Source of the DNA: an uncultured Maricaulis sp.
GTDB taxonomy: Bacteria > Pseudomonadota > Alphaproteobacteria > Caulobacterales > Maricaulaceae
DNA: 64,000 bases
Assembly: GCF_905480005.1 (NCBI RefSeq)
Contig: NZ_CAJQOO010000047.1
Coordinates: 351 to 64,350 of the forward strand
Direction of reading: 5' to 3'
This document shows positions 1 to 11,300 of the stretch, piece after piece; position 1 is the stretch's first letter, and each line of letters begins with the position of its first letter. The notes below the pieces were generated by a model. That model saw only the letters and a list, made by a program, of their open reading frames with translations. It was not told the origin of the DNA and did not search any database. The position numbers and the translations under genes were made by a program.

Positions 1-215
1 ATGCGAGAGCGCTGAAACAGATGGTCAAGGCGGCAGCAGCCCGCAAGGCCGCGACCTATCTGCATGATGTCCGGGATCTGCTGGTACTCAAGGCCGCCAT
101 GGCCAGCGGCGTCCGCTTCTTCTCCGGCCAGAGCGTGGTTCCGGACAGAACCTCACCCGCTCCCGGTCAGGCGCTCTCCATGGTCGACATCTACCGGATG
201 CACAAGGCCGCCTAG
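1..215 (+). CDS. 3' end of an unidentified protein-coding gene (partial, runs off left edge)
   Basis: Frame open from base 3 to TAG at 213-215. Third codon positions are strongly G/C-biased, as in the confirmed genes. No family recognised from the ~70 C-terminal residues. Confidence 0.4.
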   Translation, partial: ARALKQMVKAAAARKAATYLHDVRDLLVLKAAMASGVRFFSGQSVVPDRTSPAPGQALSMVDIYRMHKAA

Positions 216-244
216 ACGCGCGGGCCCGGTCTGCCGATAGTGCC

Positions 245-874
245 GTGATGAGCCAGACCGAAGATCGTAGCGGGATCGATTGGGAAACCCGATTCCTGAA
301 TGATGACACGCCCTGGGAACGCCCGGGTCTCCACCCGGCCGCTGAAGCCTGGCTGAAAACCGGCGTCCTGGCGCCCGGCCAATCGGTCATCGTGCCGGGT
401 TGCGGTCGCTGTCCGGAAGTTACCGCCTTTGCACGCGCCGGCCTGACGGTCACCGCAGCCGATTTGTCTGATACCGCGATTGCCTGGCAGGAAGCCGCAT
501 TGCGCGAGGCCAAGCTTGCGGGCCAGTGCATCGCAGCCGACATCCTGCGCCCGGGTGACCAGCTCTGGCGTCCCGAGGAACCCGTCGATCTTGTCTATGA
601 CCAGACGTTCCTGTGCGCCATCCATCCGCGCCTGCGCAAGGATTACGCTTTCGCCCTCGCGAATCTCTGGCTGAAACCGGGCGGGCAATTCCTCGCCCTT
701 TTCATGCAGAAGGATGAGCGCGGCGGCCCGCCCTTCGGCTGCCCCCTTGAGGCCATGCACGAGCTGTTCAGCGAGACGGCGTGGATCTGGCCGGACCCGG
801 ACGAGATCCAGGCCTGGCCGCATCCCAGTTTGAACGGGAAGCCGGAACTCGCCGCCATGCTGACGCTGCGCTAG
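245..874 (+). CDS. SAM-dependent methyltransferase, thiopurine/thiol-halide methyltransferase (TPMT)-like
   Basis: 209-aa ORF. N-terminal W..RF....TPWE signature (IDWETRFLNDDTPWERPG) and glycine-rich SAM loop VIVPGCGRCPE, followed by DLS and VYDQTFLCAI, are typical of the TPMT family. Confidence 0.8.
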   Translation: MMSQTEDRSGIDWETRFLNDDTPWERPGLHPAAEAWLKTGVLAPGQSVIVPGCGRCPEVTAFARAGLTVTAADLSDTAIAWQEAALREAKLAGQCIAADILRPGDQLWRPEEPVDLVYDQTFLCAIHPRLRKDYAFALANLWLKPGGQFLALFMQKDERGGPPFGCPLEAMHELFSETAWIWPDPDEIQAWPHPSLNGKPELAAMLTLR

Positions 875-2304
875 GGCGCTTCCTCGGTCGCGACAGGATC
901 GACAAGCGGCGCCCGGCGCTTGCGTTGCTTGCCATGTTTCGCCGTCATCGGCGCCCGCGTCAGGACGAAAAGCGCCGTGGCGCCACCCGCGAGAATATTG
1001 GCGAAGGCCACACCCCAGATGACACCGCTCGGCGCGCCCATGAGGTGAGCGCCGATGATGACGGCGGGGATCATCAAGCCCAGCGCCCGGGACGCGGTGA
1101 TCACCATGCCGTGCGCCGGTCGGCCAAGCCCGTTGAAGCCGGCCGACGCGGCAATGGTGATGCCATAGCCGACAATGGTCAGCGGCACGATCCGCCAGTA
1201 GGCGATGGCCGTCGACTGGCCGGCTTCACTTGGCAGAAACGCCATCGCCAGCCAGGGCGCCGTCACCCACAAGATGGCGGCAATGGTCAGGCTCCACCCC
1301 ATGCAGAAGAGGAAGCTCGAGCGGAAGGCTTCGCGGACCCGGTCGAGACGGTCAGCGCCGCCATTCTGGCCTGTCACTGCGCCGATACAGGCCGAGAGCG
1401 CAAACAGCGGAACGATGGCAAAGGCCTCGATCCGGCCGGCAACACCGAGCCCGCCGACTGCGGAATCGCCAAAGCGCGCCATGGCAAGACCGGACATGGC
1501 CACCGTCATTGCCAGCGGATTGAAGACATTGGACAGGCAGGCCGGCGCTCCGACGCGTGCAATATCCACCCAGTGATGCCAAACCTCGCCGAGATCTTCC
1601 GGTTTGAAATCAATAAGTTTTTCCTTCACGCCCAGATACCAGGCGACCATCACGAAGGTCACCGCATTGGCGGCAACCGTTGCCAGCGCGGCGCCGGACA
1701 CGCCCCAACCCAGGCCGGGAAACAGTCCAAAGACATCGTCGAGGATAAAAATCGGATCGAGTATGAGATTCACGAAGGCGGCCGCGATCATCATCAGGCT
1801 TGGCACGACGGCATTGCCGAGCGCGCGCAGGATATTGCTGGCGACCATCGGGCCAACAATCAGCACAATGCCCGAGAACCAGACCGTCATGTAATCGACG
1901 ACGTGCGGGAGCATCGTCTCGCTCGCCCCCAGGGCGGTAAAGATCGGTTCCACGAAAACAACGCCGAGCAAGGAAACAGCGCCGACGTATATCAGGGCCA
2001 GAGCCATTGCATCGGTGGAAATACGGGCAAGGGTCGAGGTTCCGTCATTGCGACCGGCCGCGCGCGAAACCGCCGAAACCGCACCCGCGCCGAGGCCGAT
2101 GGAAACACTCATTACCAGCATGGTGACCGGGAAGCTCATCTGGACGGCCGCCTGCTGGGCCGTACCGAGCGTGCCGACCCAATAGGTATCGACAATACCG
2201 ACCAGCATCATGGCCAGAATGCCGAAACTCATCGGCATGATCATGCGCAGGATATGCCCGAAGACCGGGCCTTCCGTCATGTCGCGTGCTGCCCGTCCGG
2301 CCAT
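871..2304 (-). CDS. MATE family efflux transporter
   Basis: 477-aa polytopic membrane protein with about 12 hydrophobic segments in two similar halves. MATE/NorM-DinF-like N-terminus (GPVFGHILRMIMPMSFGILAMMLVGIVDTYWVG). RBS-like GAAGAGGGGA lies upstream of the ATG. Confidence 0.85.
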   Translation of the reverse strand: MAGRAARDMTEGPVFGHILRMIMPMSFGILAMMLVGIVDTYWVGTLGTAQQAAVQMSFPVTMLVMSVSIGLGAGAVSAVSRAAGRNDGTSTLARISTDAMALALIYVGAVSLLGVVFVEPIFTALGASETMLPHVVDYMTVWFSGIVLIVGPMVASNILRALGNAVVPSLMMIAAAFVNLILDPIFILDDVFGLFPGLGWGVSGAALATVAANAVTFVMVAWYLGVKEKLIDFKPEDLGEVWHHWVDIARVGAPACLSNVFNPLAMTVAMSGLAMARFGDSAVGGLGVAGRIEAFAIVPLFALSACIGAVTGQNGGADRLDRVREAFRSSFLFCMGWSLTIAAILWVTAPWLAMAFLPSEAGQSTAIAYWRIVPLTIVGYGITIAASAGFNGLGRPAHGMVITASRALGLMIPAVIIGAHLMGAPSGVIWGVAFANILAGGATALFVLTRAPMTAKHGKQRKRRAPLVDPVATEEAP

Positions 2305-2444
2305 GTCGTCCCCTCTTCACTCGCAGACGACCATAAATAGGTATGGCAGGTCGTGTCTGCAGCACGTGACTGTCAATTCGCTGTGATTTCCGATGACCGG
2401 TTCGGCCGGAGAGGCCCCGTAATGGCCAGTCCGGCGCCTCAAGG

Positions 2445-4721
2445 TCAGTCCGGGACCTTGTTCAGGTCATAGGCCGCGATGCCCGCCAGATTGACGATAT
2501 CCGTCACATTGGCGCCGAGGCGGGCGATCTGTACCGGTTTTTCGAGGCCAACCAGCATCGGACCGATCACTGTCGCGCCGCCCGCTGCCTTGAGAAGCCG
2601 CACCGCGATGGAGGCGGAGTGAATGGCTGGCATGATCAACACATTGGCCGGCTCGGTCAGGCGAGAGAACGGGTAGAGTTTGTGGTGATCCGGATCGAGC
2701 GCGACGTCGGCCGCCAGCTCGCCCTCATATTCGAAGTCCGCCCCCTCGGCGTCGAGGATCTCGACCGCCTGCTGGACCTTGGCTGTGCGCTCACCCGGCG
2801 GATTGCCGAAGCTGGAATAGGACAGGAAGGCGAGATGCGGCGTAATTCCGAACCGGCGCGCGGCATTCGCCGTCACCACCGCGATCTCGGCCAAGGCCCG
2901 GGCGTCCGGGAATTCCGTGACTGACGTATCGCCAATGACCAGGCTGCGCCCACGCGTCACCGCAATGGTCACGCCGACCGGCCGGCTGCCCTCGATCGGG
3001 TCGAGGACCAGCTCGACTTCGTTCATGACCACATTGGAGTGTCGCGTCACGCCCGTAACCATGCCGTCGGCATGACCCATTTTCAGCATGCAGGCGGAGA
3101 AGACATTTCGGTCGTTGTTCACGCGCCGTTGCACGTCCCGGCGCAGATATCCCTGCCGCTGGAGGCGCTCATAGAGATAGTCTGAATAATCCGCATTATA
3201 CTCGGAAAGCCGGGCATTGCAGACCTCGAGCGAGCCGGCCGGAATACCCAATTCCTTCATATTGGCAGCCACGACATCCTCACGCGCGACCAGCACCGCC
3301 TTGCCCAGTCCCTGGACCTGGAAAGCATGGGCCGCACGGATCACTGCCGGCTCTTCGCCCTCGGCAAACACGATGGTCTTCTGCTCGGCGCGAATGGACG
3401 CGGAAATGCGCTGCTGGACGGCCGCGGTAGGGTCCAGACGACGAGCCAGGACCTGTTTGTAGGCGTCATTGTCTTCAAGCGGGCGACGCGCTACGCCGCT
3501 ATCAATCGCCGCCTGGGCCACAAAGGGGGGCACCCAGGAAATCAGGCGCGGATCAAACGGCGTCGGAATGATGTAGTCGGGACCGTATTGCAGGCGATCG
3601 ACCTTGTAGGCTTGGGCCACCTCATCCGGCACATCCTCGCGCGCCAAAGCTGCCAGCGCCCGCGCCGCGGCGATCTTCATCTCTTCATTAATGGTTCGCG
3701 CCCGCACATCCAGCGCGCCCCGGAAGATATAGGGGAAGCCGAGGACATTATTGACCTGGTTGGGATAATCCGACCGACCGGTCGCCATGATCACGTCATC
3801 ACGGACCGACTTGACCTCCTCCGGTGTGATCTCCGGGGTCGGGTTGGCCATGGCGAAAATGATCGGATTGGGCGCCAGCGAAGCGACGATGTCCTTGGTG
3901 AAGACCCCCGCCGCCGACAGGCCGAGCAGGACATCCGCACCCTGTGCCGCGTCGGCAAGGGTTAGCTTGTCCGTTTTGATGGCATGCCGGTTCAGCCGGT
4001 CATGACCGCCCGGGCGGCCCTCATAGACCACGCCATCAATGTCCACGACGATGGTATTCTCGGACTTCACGCCCATCGACTCGATCAGCTCGAGCACGGT
4101 AAGCCCGGCCGCACCGGCGCCGCACAGGACGACTTTCAGGTCTTCCATCTTGCGGCCTGTCAGATCGCAGGCATTGATCAGGCCGGCGGCCGCGATGATC
4201 GCCGTGCCGTGCTGATCATCATGGAAAACCGGGATGTTGAGCTCCTCGCGCAAGCGCGTTTCGATCTCGAAACATTCCGGTGACTTGATGTCTTCCAGAT
4301 TGATGCCGCCAAAGGTGTCGCCGAACCCGCGGACACATTCGATGAATTTGTCCGGATCCGTGTAATCCACCTCGATGTCGACCGCGTCGATATCGGCAAA
4401 GCGCTTGAACAGCACCGCCTTGCCTTCCATCACCGGCTTGGACGCCGCCGGGCCCAGATTGCCAAGGCCCAGGATTGCCGTCCCGTTCGAGACAACGGCC
4501 ACCATATTTCCCTTGGAGGTGTAGTCGTAGACGGTTTCGGGATTCTCCGCGATCGCGCGCACAGGCGCTGCCACGCCAGGGCTGTAGGCGAGCGCCAGGT
4601 CGCGCTGCGTTGCCATCGGTTTGGTCGCCGCCACGGACAGCTTTCCGGGCGTCGGTTTCATGTGGAAAATAAGCGCGTCAGCATCGAGTTGATTGTCTGC
4701 GCGATAGGTCGATTCAGCCAT
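2445..4721 (-). CDS. maeB: NADP-dependent malic enzyme (malic enzyme domain fused to a phosphotransacetylase-like domain)
   Basis: 758 aa. N-terminal malic enzyme motifs ([34 protein letters not shown] Rossmann loop) plus a ~330-aa C-terminal PTA-like domain, as in MaeB. Confidence 0.95.
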   Translation of the reverse strand: MAESTYRADNQLDADALIFHMKPTPGKLSVAATKPMATQRDLALAYSPGVAAPVRAIAENPETVYDYTSKGNMVAVVSNGTAILGLGNLGPAASKPVMEGKAVLFKRFADIDAVDIEVDYTDPDKFIECVRGFGDTFGGINLEDIKSPECFEIETRLREELNIPVFHDDQHGTAIIAAAGLINACDLTGRKMEDLKVVLCGAGAAGLTVLELIESMGVKSENTIVVDIDGVVYEGRPGGHDRLNRHAIKTDKLTLADAAQGADVLLGLSAAGVFTKDIVASLAPNPIIFAMANPTPEITPEEVKSVRDDVIMATGRSDYPNQVNNVLGFPYIFRGALDVRARTINEEMKIAAARALAALAREDVPDEVAQAYKVDRLQYGPDYIIPTPFDPRLISWVPPFVAQAAIDSGVARRPLEDNDAYKQVLARRLDPTAAVQQRISASIRAEQKTIVFAEGEEPAVIRAAHAFQVQGLGKAVLVAREDVVAANMKELGIPAGSLEVCNARLSEYNADYSDYLYERLQRQGYLRRDVQRRVNNDRNVFSACMLKMGHADGMVTGVTRHSNVVMNEVELVLDPIEGSRPVGVTIAVTRGRSLVIGDTSVTEFPDARALAEIAVVTANAARRFGITPHLAFLSYSSFGNPPGERTAKVQQAVEILDAEGADFEYEGELAADVALDPDHHKLYPFSRLTEPANVLIMPAIHSASIAVRLLKAAGGATVIGPMLVGLEKPVQIARLGANVTDIVNLAGIAAYDLNKVPD

Positions 4722-4792
4722 GTTTCACCCCGGGGGAAGGACGTGCAGCGACCCTGCACCGCTCCGCGACAAGTGCCAAGCCCCGCAAACGC

Positions 4793-6307
4793 TTAGCTTC
4801 CATGCGCCAGCAGATGGGTCAGGGCGGACTCGCGCCTGTGACGCGCGATCACGGCCTGCAGCACCTGGGGCAGAATCTCGGGCAGGTCCTCGGCGATCAG
4901 GCCCGGACCGAGCCGCCGTCCGGCATCGCCGTGCAGCCACGCCGCGCCGGCAGCAGAATCATGGGGCGAAAGACCGGCGGCAAGCCCCGCCGCAACCATC
5001 CCGGCCAGGACATCCCCGCTGCCGGCAGTCGCCAGCCAGGGCGACGCATGCCGGTTGATCCAGGGCAATTGCCCGGGGGTTGCAATCAGCGTCGCCGGTC
5101 CCTTGAGCAAAACGGTGCAACCGGCCCGGTCCGCGGCGGCGGCCACCTGGTCCAGCCGGTTCTGCGACGGGTCTTCACGCCCGAAGAGCCGCGCGAACTC
5201 GCCGGCATGGGGCGTCAGCACGCAGCGCGCATGGAGGGCTTCGAACAAGGCCTCCGGCGCGCCTTCAAAACTGGTCAGAGCATCAGCATCCAGAACGACG
5301 GGCAGGCCCGTCGCAAGTGCCGCGAGAACACTGTCACGAGTCGCCTCTCCCAACCCCATGGCCGGGCCGAGGACGGCGGCCTGGGCGCGTAGATCGGTGA
5401 GGACCCGGGCGGTATCTTCGCCGCCGGACCAACGCGTCAGCATGATCGCATCAAGACGGGACGCATTGACGAGGCTGGCTGATGGCGGCGAACACACCGT
5501 CACCAGACCTGCTCCGGCGCGCAACGCAGCTCTCGCCGCCAGGCGCGCCGCGCCGCTGGCGCTCGCGCCACCACTGAAGACAGCGACCCGCCCTCGCCTG
5601 TGCTTGTGCGCCACCGGATCGGTTTGCGCCCCGGCAGACGGCCAAACCGGTGCCCGGGTCTGGCGCGCAATCGGCGGTACAGAGCTCGCCCAGCCATCGG
5701 GTATGCCAATGTCGCAAAGCAAGACTTCGCCGCATTTTTCCGCATAAGGGTCAACGAGATGCGCCAGTTTTCTGCGATGAAATGTGACGGTCAGGTCCGG
5801 CGCGACGCAAGGCCCGTCAACCGGGACGGCGTCGCCATTCATGCCACTGGGCAGGTCCACGGAAACCACTGGCACGGATGCCTCATCGACCGCCTTGCAC
5901 CACGCGGCGGCTTCACCGCTGAGCGGGCGGGACAACCCGGCCCCGAACAGCGCGTCAACAACCAGACCGCCCTTCAGGCGCGTGTCGGGCGAATCCGTGA
6001 CCAGGCCCGTCTTCCAGACCGACCGCGCCCAGAGCGCGTCGCCGCCCTGCCTGGCCTCATCACCCAGCAGCATGACCCGGACCGGCCAGCCCGCATCGCG
6101 CAGCGCGGCAGCGGCGATGAATCCGTCACCGCCATTATTGCCGGGCCCTGCGAGGACCAACACCGGGCGCATCGACCAGCGGGCGCGAATCGCGTCGCTC
6201 ACAGCCTCCCCGGCCCGCTGCATCAGCGCCTGGGAGCTGAAGCCGTTTTCGACCGCGAACCGGTCACAGCGGCCGCTGTCGGCGGTGCTCAGAATTTCGG
6301 TGGCCAT
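4793..6307 (-). CDS. nnr: Bifunctional NAD(P)H-hydrate repair enzyme Nnr (epimerase + ADP-dependent dehydratase)
   Basis: YjeF-N motif (VLAGPGNNGGDGF) and C-terminal carbohydrate-kinase-like domain (GSGDVLAG). The ORF track starts at 6349. I prefer ATG 6307 (MATEIL...) because GGAG lies 5 nt upstream. Confidence 0.88.
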   Translation of the reverse strand: MATEILSTADSGRCDRFAVENGFSSQALMQRAGEAVSDAIRARWSMRPVLVLAGPGNNGGDGFIAAAALRDAGWPVRVMLLGDEARQGGDALWARSVWKTGLVTDSPDTRLKGGLVVDALFGAGLSRPLSGEAAAWCKAVDEASVPVVSVDLPSGMNGDAVPVDGPCVAPDLTVTFHRRKLAHLVDPYAEKCGEVLLCDIGIPDGWASSVPPIARQTRAPVWPSAGAQTDPVAHKHRRGRVAVFSGGASASGAARLAARAALRAGAGLVTVCSPPSASLVNASRLDAIMLTRWSGGEDTARVLTDLRAQAAVLGPAMGLGEATRDSVLAALATGLPVVLDADALTSFEGAPEALFEALHARCVLTPHAGEFARLFGREDPSQNRLDQVAAAADRAGCTVLLKGPATLIATPGQLPWINRHASPWLATAGSGDVLAGMVAAGLAAGLSPHDSAAGAAWLHGDAGRRLGPGLIAEDLPEILPQVLQAVIARHRRESALTHLLAHGS

Positions 6308-6410
6308 GCTCGCTCCATTCTGTAGCAGCTGTGCCTGATTGTGAGGCATATGATCAACCCGCTGCCGAGCAGACCTGTTTCTGTCTTGTCACTGCCTGCG
6401 CCACGTCTAG

Positions 6411-6776
<366 letters not shown>

Positions 6777-6808
6777 TCCAACCTGATCAGTAATCCGGAG
6801 CCTGGCCC

Positions 6809-8212
6809 ATGTCAGACGCAATTCTCAAAAAGCTCAAAGACGAAGACATCAATTTTGTCGATCTGCGCTTCACCGACCCGCGCGGCAAGCTGCAGCACGT
6901 CACCTTCGACCGTTCGGAAGTCAATGAGGACTTCTTCGAGGACGGCATCATGTTTGACGGCTCCTCGATTGCCGGCTGGAAGGCGATCAATGAGTCCGAC
7001 ATGGTGCTGAAGCCGGACGCTTCTTATTGCGAAGTCGATCCCTTCTACCAGCAACCGACCGCAGTCATTCTGGCCGACATTCTCGAGCCGGGGACGGGCG
7101 AAGCCTATAACCGTGACCCGCGCACCACGGCCAAGAAGGCCGAGGCCTTCCTGAAGGCCTCCGGTGTCGGCGACACGGCCTATTTCGGCCCGGAAGCCGA
7201 ATTCTTCGTGTTTGACGATGTCCGCTATTCGACCAGCCAGCAGGACACGGGCTACAAGCTCGACAGCGAAGAGATGCCCCACAATACCGGCTCGAAGTTC
7301 GAGGGCGGCAATATGGGTCATCGCCCGGGTCCCAAGGGCGGCTATTTTCCGGTCAATCCGGTCGATAGCGGCCAGGACATGCGGACCGAAATGCTGACCG
7401 TGCTCGATGAACTCGGCCTCAATCCGGAAAAGCATCACCATGAAGTGGCACCGGCCCAGCACGAACTCGGCATGAAATTCTCGTCCCTGACGACGATGGC
7501 CGACCGCATGCAGCTGTATAAGTACACGGTGCATATGGTCGCCCATGCCTATGGCAAGACGGCAACCTTCATGCCGAAACCGGTCTGGAACGACAATGGC
7601 ACCGGCATGCATGTCCACCAGTCAATCTGGAAGGACGGCAAGCCCATGTTCGCAGGCGATCGCTATGCCGACCTGTCGGAAACCTGCCTCCACTATATCG
7701 GCGGCATCATCAAGCACGCGCGCTCGATCAACGCCTTCGCCAACGCTTCGACCAATTCCTACAAGCGTCTGGTGCCGGGCTTTGAGGCTCCGGTCCTGCT
7801 GGCCTATTCGGCCCGCAACCGGTCCGCTTCAATCCGCATCCCGTGGGTCAACTCGCCGAATGCCAAGCGCCTGGAAACGCGCTTCCCGGATCCGGCTGGC
7901 AATCCCTATCTGACCTTCGCCTCGCTGCTGATGGCCGGTCTCGACGGTATCGAGAACCGCATCGATCCGGGCGATCCGATGGACAAGGATCTCTACGACC
8001 TGCCGGCCGAAGAGCTCAAGGACATTCCGACCGTCTGCCGCTCGCTCCGCGAGGCCCTGGAATCGCTCGATGGCGATCGCGACTTCCTCAAGAAGGGTGG
8101 CGTCATGGATGACGATCAGATCGACGCCTATATCGATCTCAAGATGGAAGAGGTCCTGCGCTTCGAAATGCACCCTCACCCCGTTGAGTTCGACATGTAT
8201 TATTCCTGCTAA
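6809..8212 (+). CDS. glnA: Glutamine synthetase type I
   Basis: 467 aa with GSI signatures ([25 protein letters not shown]). The adenylylation-site motif DKDLYDLP is present. Conserved glnB-glnA arrangement. Confidence 0.97.
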   Translation: MSDAILKKLKDEDINFVDLRFTDPRGKLQHVTFDRSEVNEDFFEDGIMFDGSSIAGWKAINESDMVLKPDASYCEVDPFYQQPTAVILADILEPGTGEAYNRDPRTTAKKAEAFLKASGVGDTAYFGPEAEFFVFDDVRYSTSQQDTGYKLDSEEMPHNTGSKFEGGNMGHRPGPKGGYFPVNPVDSGQDMRTEMLTVLDELGLNPEKHHHEVAPAQHELGMKFSSLTTMADRMQLYKYTVHMVAHAYGKTATFMPKPVWNDNGTGMHVHQSIWKDGKPMFAGDRYADLSETCLHYIGGIIKHARSINAFANASTNSYKRLVPGFEAPVLLAYSARNRSASIRIPWVNSPNAKRLETRFPDPAGNPYLTFASLLMAGLDGIENRIDPGDPMDKDLYDLPAEELKDIPTVCRSLREALESLDGDRDFLKKGGVMDDDQIDAYIDLKMEEVLRFEMHPHPVEFDMYYSC

Positions 8213-8247
8213 ATCAAGCAGTTTCGAACAAATTCCAGGTAAAGTTG

Positions 8248-8279
8248 GCGGCCGGACACATGTCCGGCCGCTTTCTTTT
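8248..8279 (+). terminator. Rho-independent terminator of glnBA
   Basis: GCGGCCGGACA..TGTCCGGCCGC perfect GC-rich stem followed by TTTCTTTT, 36 nt after the glnA stop. Confidence 0.88.
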
Positions 8280-8381
8280 GCACTCAGCGCACCCGATACG
8301 GTCGACGAGCGCGCGGGCTTTCGCTACAAATCGTGTCTCGTTCGACCAACCCCGTTTGGGGAAGTCCTGTCAGGAGTTCGT

Positions 8382-11300
8382 ATGCGTCGCCGTTTCTTGT
8401 TCGCCAGCGCCCTTGCCACGCTGACCGTTACAGCTCCTGCCGCTTTCGCAGACCGCGAAATCAACGACGAAATCACATCGCCGATCGCCACCTCCACGGC
8501 GGGCGATGGCGGCGTCGCCGACAATATTGTCATCACGGCAGGCGGCCGCGTCACGCTCGTTCCGAACGCGACCGCGGTCACGGTCGACAGCGACAATGAC
8601 GTGACCAATAGCGGTTCGATCATCATCGAAGGCGATGATGATGGCGGCGTCGGCATTCACGCCATCGGTGGCAATACCGGCAACATCACGAATTCGGGGA
8701 CCATCCAGGTTGTCGCCGAGACCCGCGCGGCCGACACGGATGATCCCGCCGACGGTATTGTCGATGGCCCGATCGCCATTGGCTCGAACCGCGTTGCGAT
8801 CCTTGTTGACGGTGCGGCGGTCTTTACCGGTGACATCGTGGCATCCGCTGGCAGCACGATGACCGTGATCGGCAATGATTCGGCGGGCCTGCGCCTTCTG
8901 ACGGGTCTCGATGGCAATATCAGCACTGCTGGCCTCATCCGCGTGATCGGCGACAATAGTTTCGGCGTCGAGCTGCGCGGCACTGTCACCGGTGATGTCA
9001 CGCTCGACGGCCGCTTTGAAGCCAATGGCGAAGGCAGTGGCGGCATCCTGATTGCCAGTGACATTGACGGCGCATTGAGCATTGGCGGTACCGTCAATGC
9101 CACGGCCTACCGCTTCATCGGTCGGCCGAATGAAGACCTCCGCGACACGCTTGAGGCCGAGGATCGCGCCGATAGCGCCTCACCTGTCCTGGTGAATGGC
9201 AATGTCAGCGGCGGCGTCTTCTTCAGCGGCTTCTCGACGGACCGCCCCAGCACACCGTCAGCCAATATCTCCGTTCGCGGTTCTGCACCGGCGGCGCACA
9301 TCCTGGCCAATGCGAGCTCCGGCGACATTGTCCTCGGCGAAGTCGTCCTGGAAGCGATTGCCGACGATCCTGACACGGCCGATGTCGATGAAAGCGTCGC
9401 TGCCGAGCTGATCGGCTACGCGCTCGTCAATCGCGGCAATATCCAGTCCGCCGGCAATCTGGACGGTGTCGATACCGTCTCGCTCTTCGTCAATGGCACG
9501 GACGGGCATACGGTCACCCTGACCGGTGGCTTTCTCAATGAGGGCGATATCGGCGGCTCGGCCTGGGCCGCACAATCCACCGGCGTCCTGATGGGCAATG
9601 GCGCGATTGTCCCGACATTTGCCAATGCCGGAAACATCCTGATCCGGACGAATAGCGAAGGATCTCACGCGCAAGGCATCTATATCGATACCGGCGCAAA
9701 TGTTCCGATGCTCGTGAATTCAGGCGTCATCGATGCGACCGCGCTCAATGGCGGCGGCGGGACCGCGCTGACCGATGTCTCCAATTCTCTCACCATGATC
9801 GAGAATACCGGTGAAATCGGCGCCTATCACCTCAACACCGTCCCGGGTACCGACCCGCAGGTTGACGATCTGGTTGCCATCGATCTTTCCGCGAACACCG
9901 TGGGAACAACTGTTCGCCAATACCGCGCTGACGACGCCGAAGATGATTTCGTCGAAGAGATCATCGGCGAAGTCCGGTTCGGATCCGGCGATGACCGCCT
10001 GCAAGTTGAATCCGGCTCCGTGACGGGTGACCTTAGCTTTGGTGATGGCGCTGACGAATTGATCATCACCGGCGGCACGGTCGTGGGTGGCCTGAGTGAT
10101 TCCGACGGCAATCTCGCGATCGAAGTCGATAATGCCGGTCTCAGCCTCAGCGCCACCACCAGCGCCGACATTGCGACCGCACGCTTCGGCGATGGCTCCG
10201 TCATCCGCTTCCAGATTGACGACGACGCCGGCACGGCAGCCAGCCTGACAGCGTCAGGCGACATCACCTTCCAGTCCGGCTCCCGTGTCGCCGCGACACT
10301 GGCCAATCTCATTGGCGACGGCGCGACCTATGTCGTGGTGTCGGCGAATAATCTGGTCATCGAGGAAAGCCTCGACATCCTTCAGAACACCGAGGCCCCC
10401 TGGCTGTATGAATCCAGCCTCGAATTCGACCCCAATAATGCCAATGCGCTCATCCTGACCCTGCGTCGTCGCACGGCAGAGGAATTGGGCATGAATGCCA
10501 ATCAGGGCGCTGCCTATGCCGCCGCCCTTGAAGGCTGGCAGGGCAATGAACTCCTCGGCGAGGCGATCGCATCCCTGCTCACCCAGGATGAGTTCTTCTC
10601 GGCCTATGACCAGCTACTGCCGGAATATGCCGCCAGCGCGATCCAGTTTGCTCTCGCGGCCAATGACAGCTCGGTCGGCGCCCTCGCCAACCGCCTGGAA
10701 GCCGTGCGTCGCAGCCCGGAAGAGACCGGTGGGCTCTGGATCCAGGAATTCGGTTATTTCGCCGATCGCGCCGGCACCGCCTTCGGTCCGGGTTATCGCG
10801 GTCACGGTATTGGTGTCGCAGTGGGTTTCGACCGACCTGTCGGCCCCTTCTATGCCGCCGGTCTAAACTTTGTCGGCGCAGCCAGCGAAGTCTCTGAAGT
10901 CGACGGCGTCGATGACCCGATGAGTGCGCTGACGGCTCAAATCGGTGCCTATGCCGGCGCTCATACCGACATGTTCGACCTCGATATCTACGCCGCCCTT
11001 GGCTATGACAGCTTTGAGCATAATCGCCGCGTTCTAATTGGCGAGTTCGATGCCTCGCCGAGCGCGGAATGGACCGGCTGGCATACCTCGGCGTCAGCCC
11101 GGATCGGTCGGGACATCGCCTTCACCGACAATTGGTATTTCCGCCCCGCCTTCTCGGTGGATTATCTGCGCCTCAGCGAGAGCGGTTACACCGAGACCGG
11201 TGGCGGTATCGGCGTCGACCTTTCGGTCGGTGATCGCGAGACCACCAGCTTCTCCGGCACAGGCCTCATGACATTGGGTGCCCGCTTCGAGAATGACAAT

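Noticed and set aside
781-2340. 519-aa plus-strand ORF overlapping the MATE gene. Similar long ORFs antisense to real genes: 15399-16523(-), 20350-21411(-), 37214-38305(+), 40461-41456(-), 46874-48322(+), 51657-52880(-), 54370-55533(-), 61689-63056(+), 57083-58072(+), 29756-30769(+).
   Set aside because: Their translations are Arg/Gly/Ala/Pro-rich with no recognisable motifs. Each lies fully antisense to a gene with strong family signatures. Long shadow ORFs are expected in high-GC DNA, where stop codons are rare.
8070-8381. N-terminal extension of the autotransporter ORF that overlaps the last 143 nt of glnA and its terminator.
   Set aside because: The extension crosses a strong terminator and has no signal peptide. 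ATG 8382 has a GGAG RBS and gives a canonical signal peptide. The same logic was applied to extensions of sufC (27666-27785), tyrS (33903-34076), bcp (38790-38912), amiC (49587-49691) and the wHTH gene (44171-44215).
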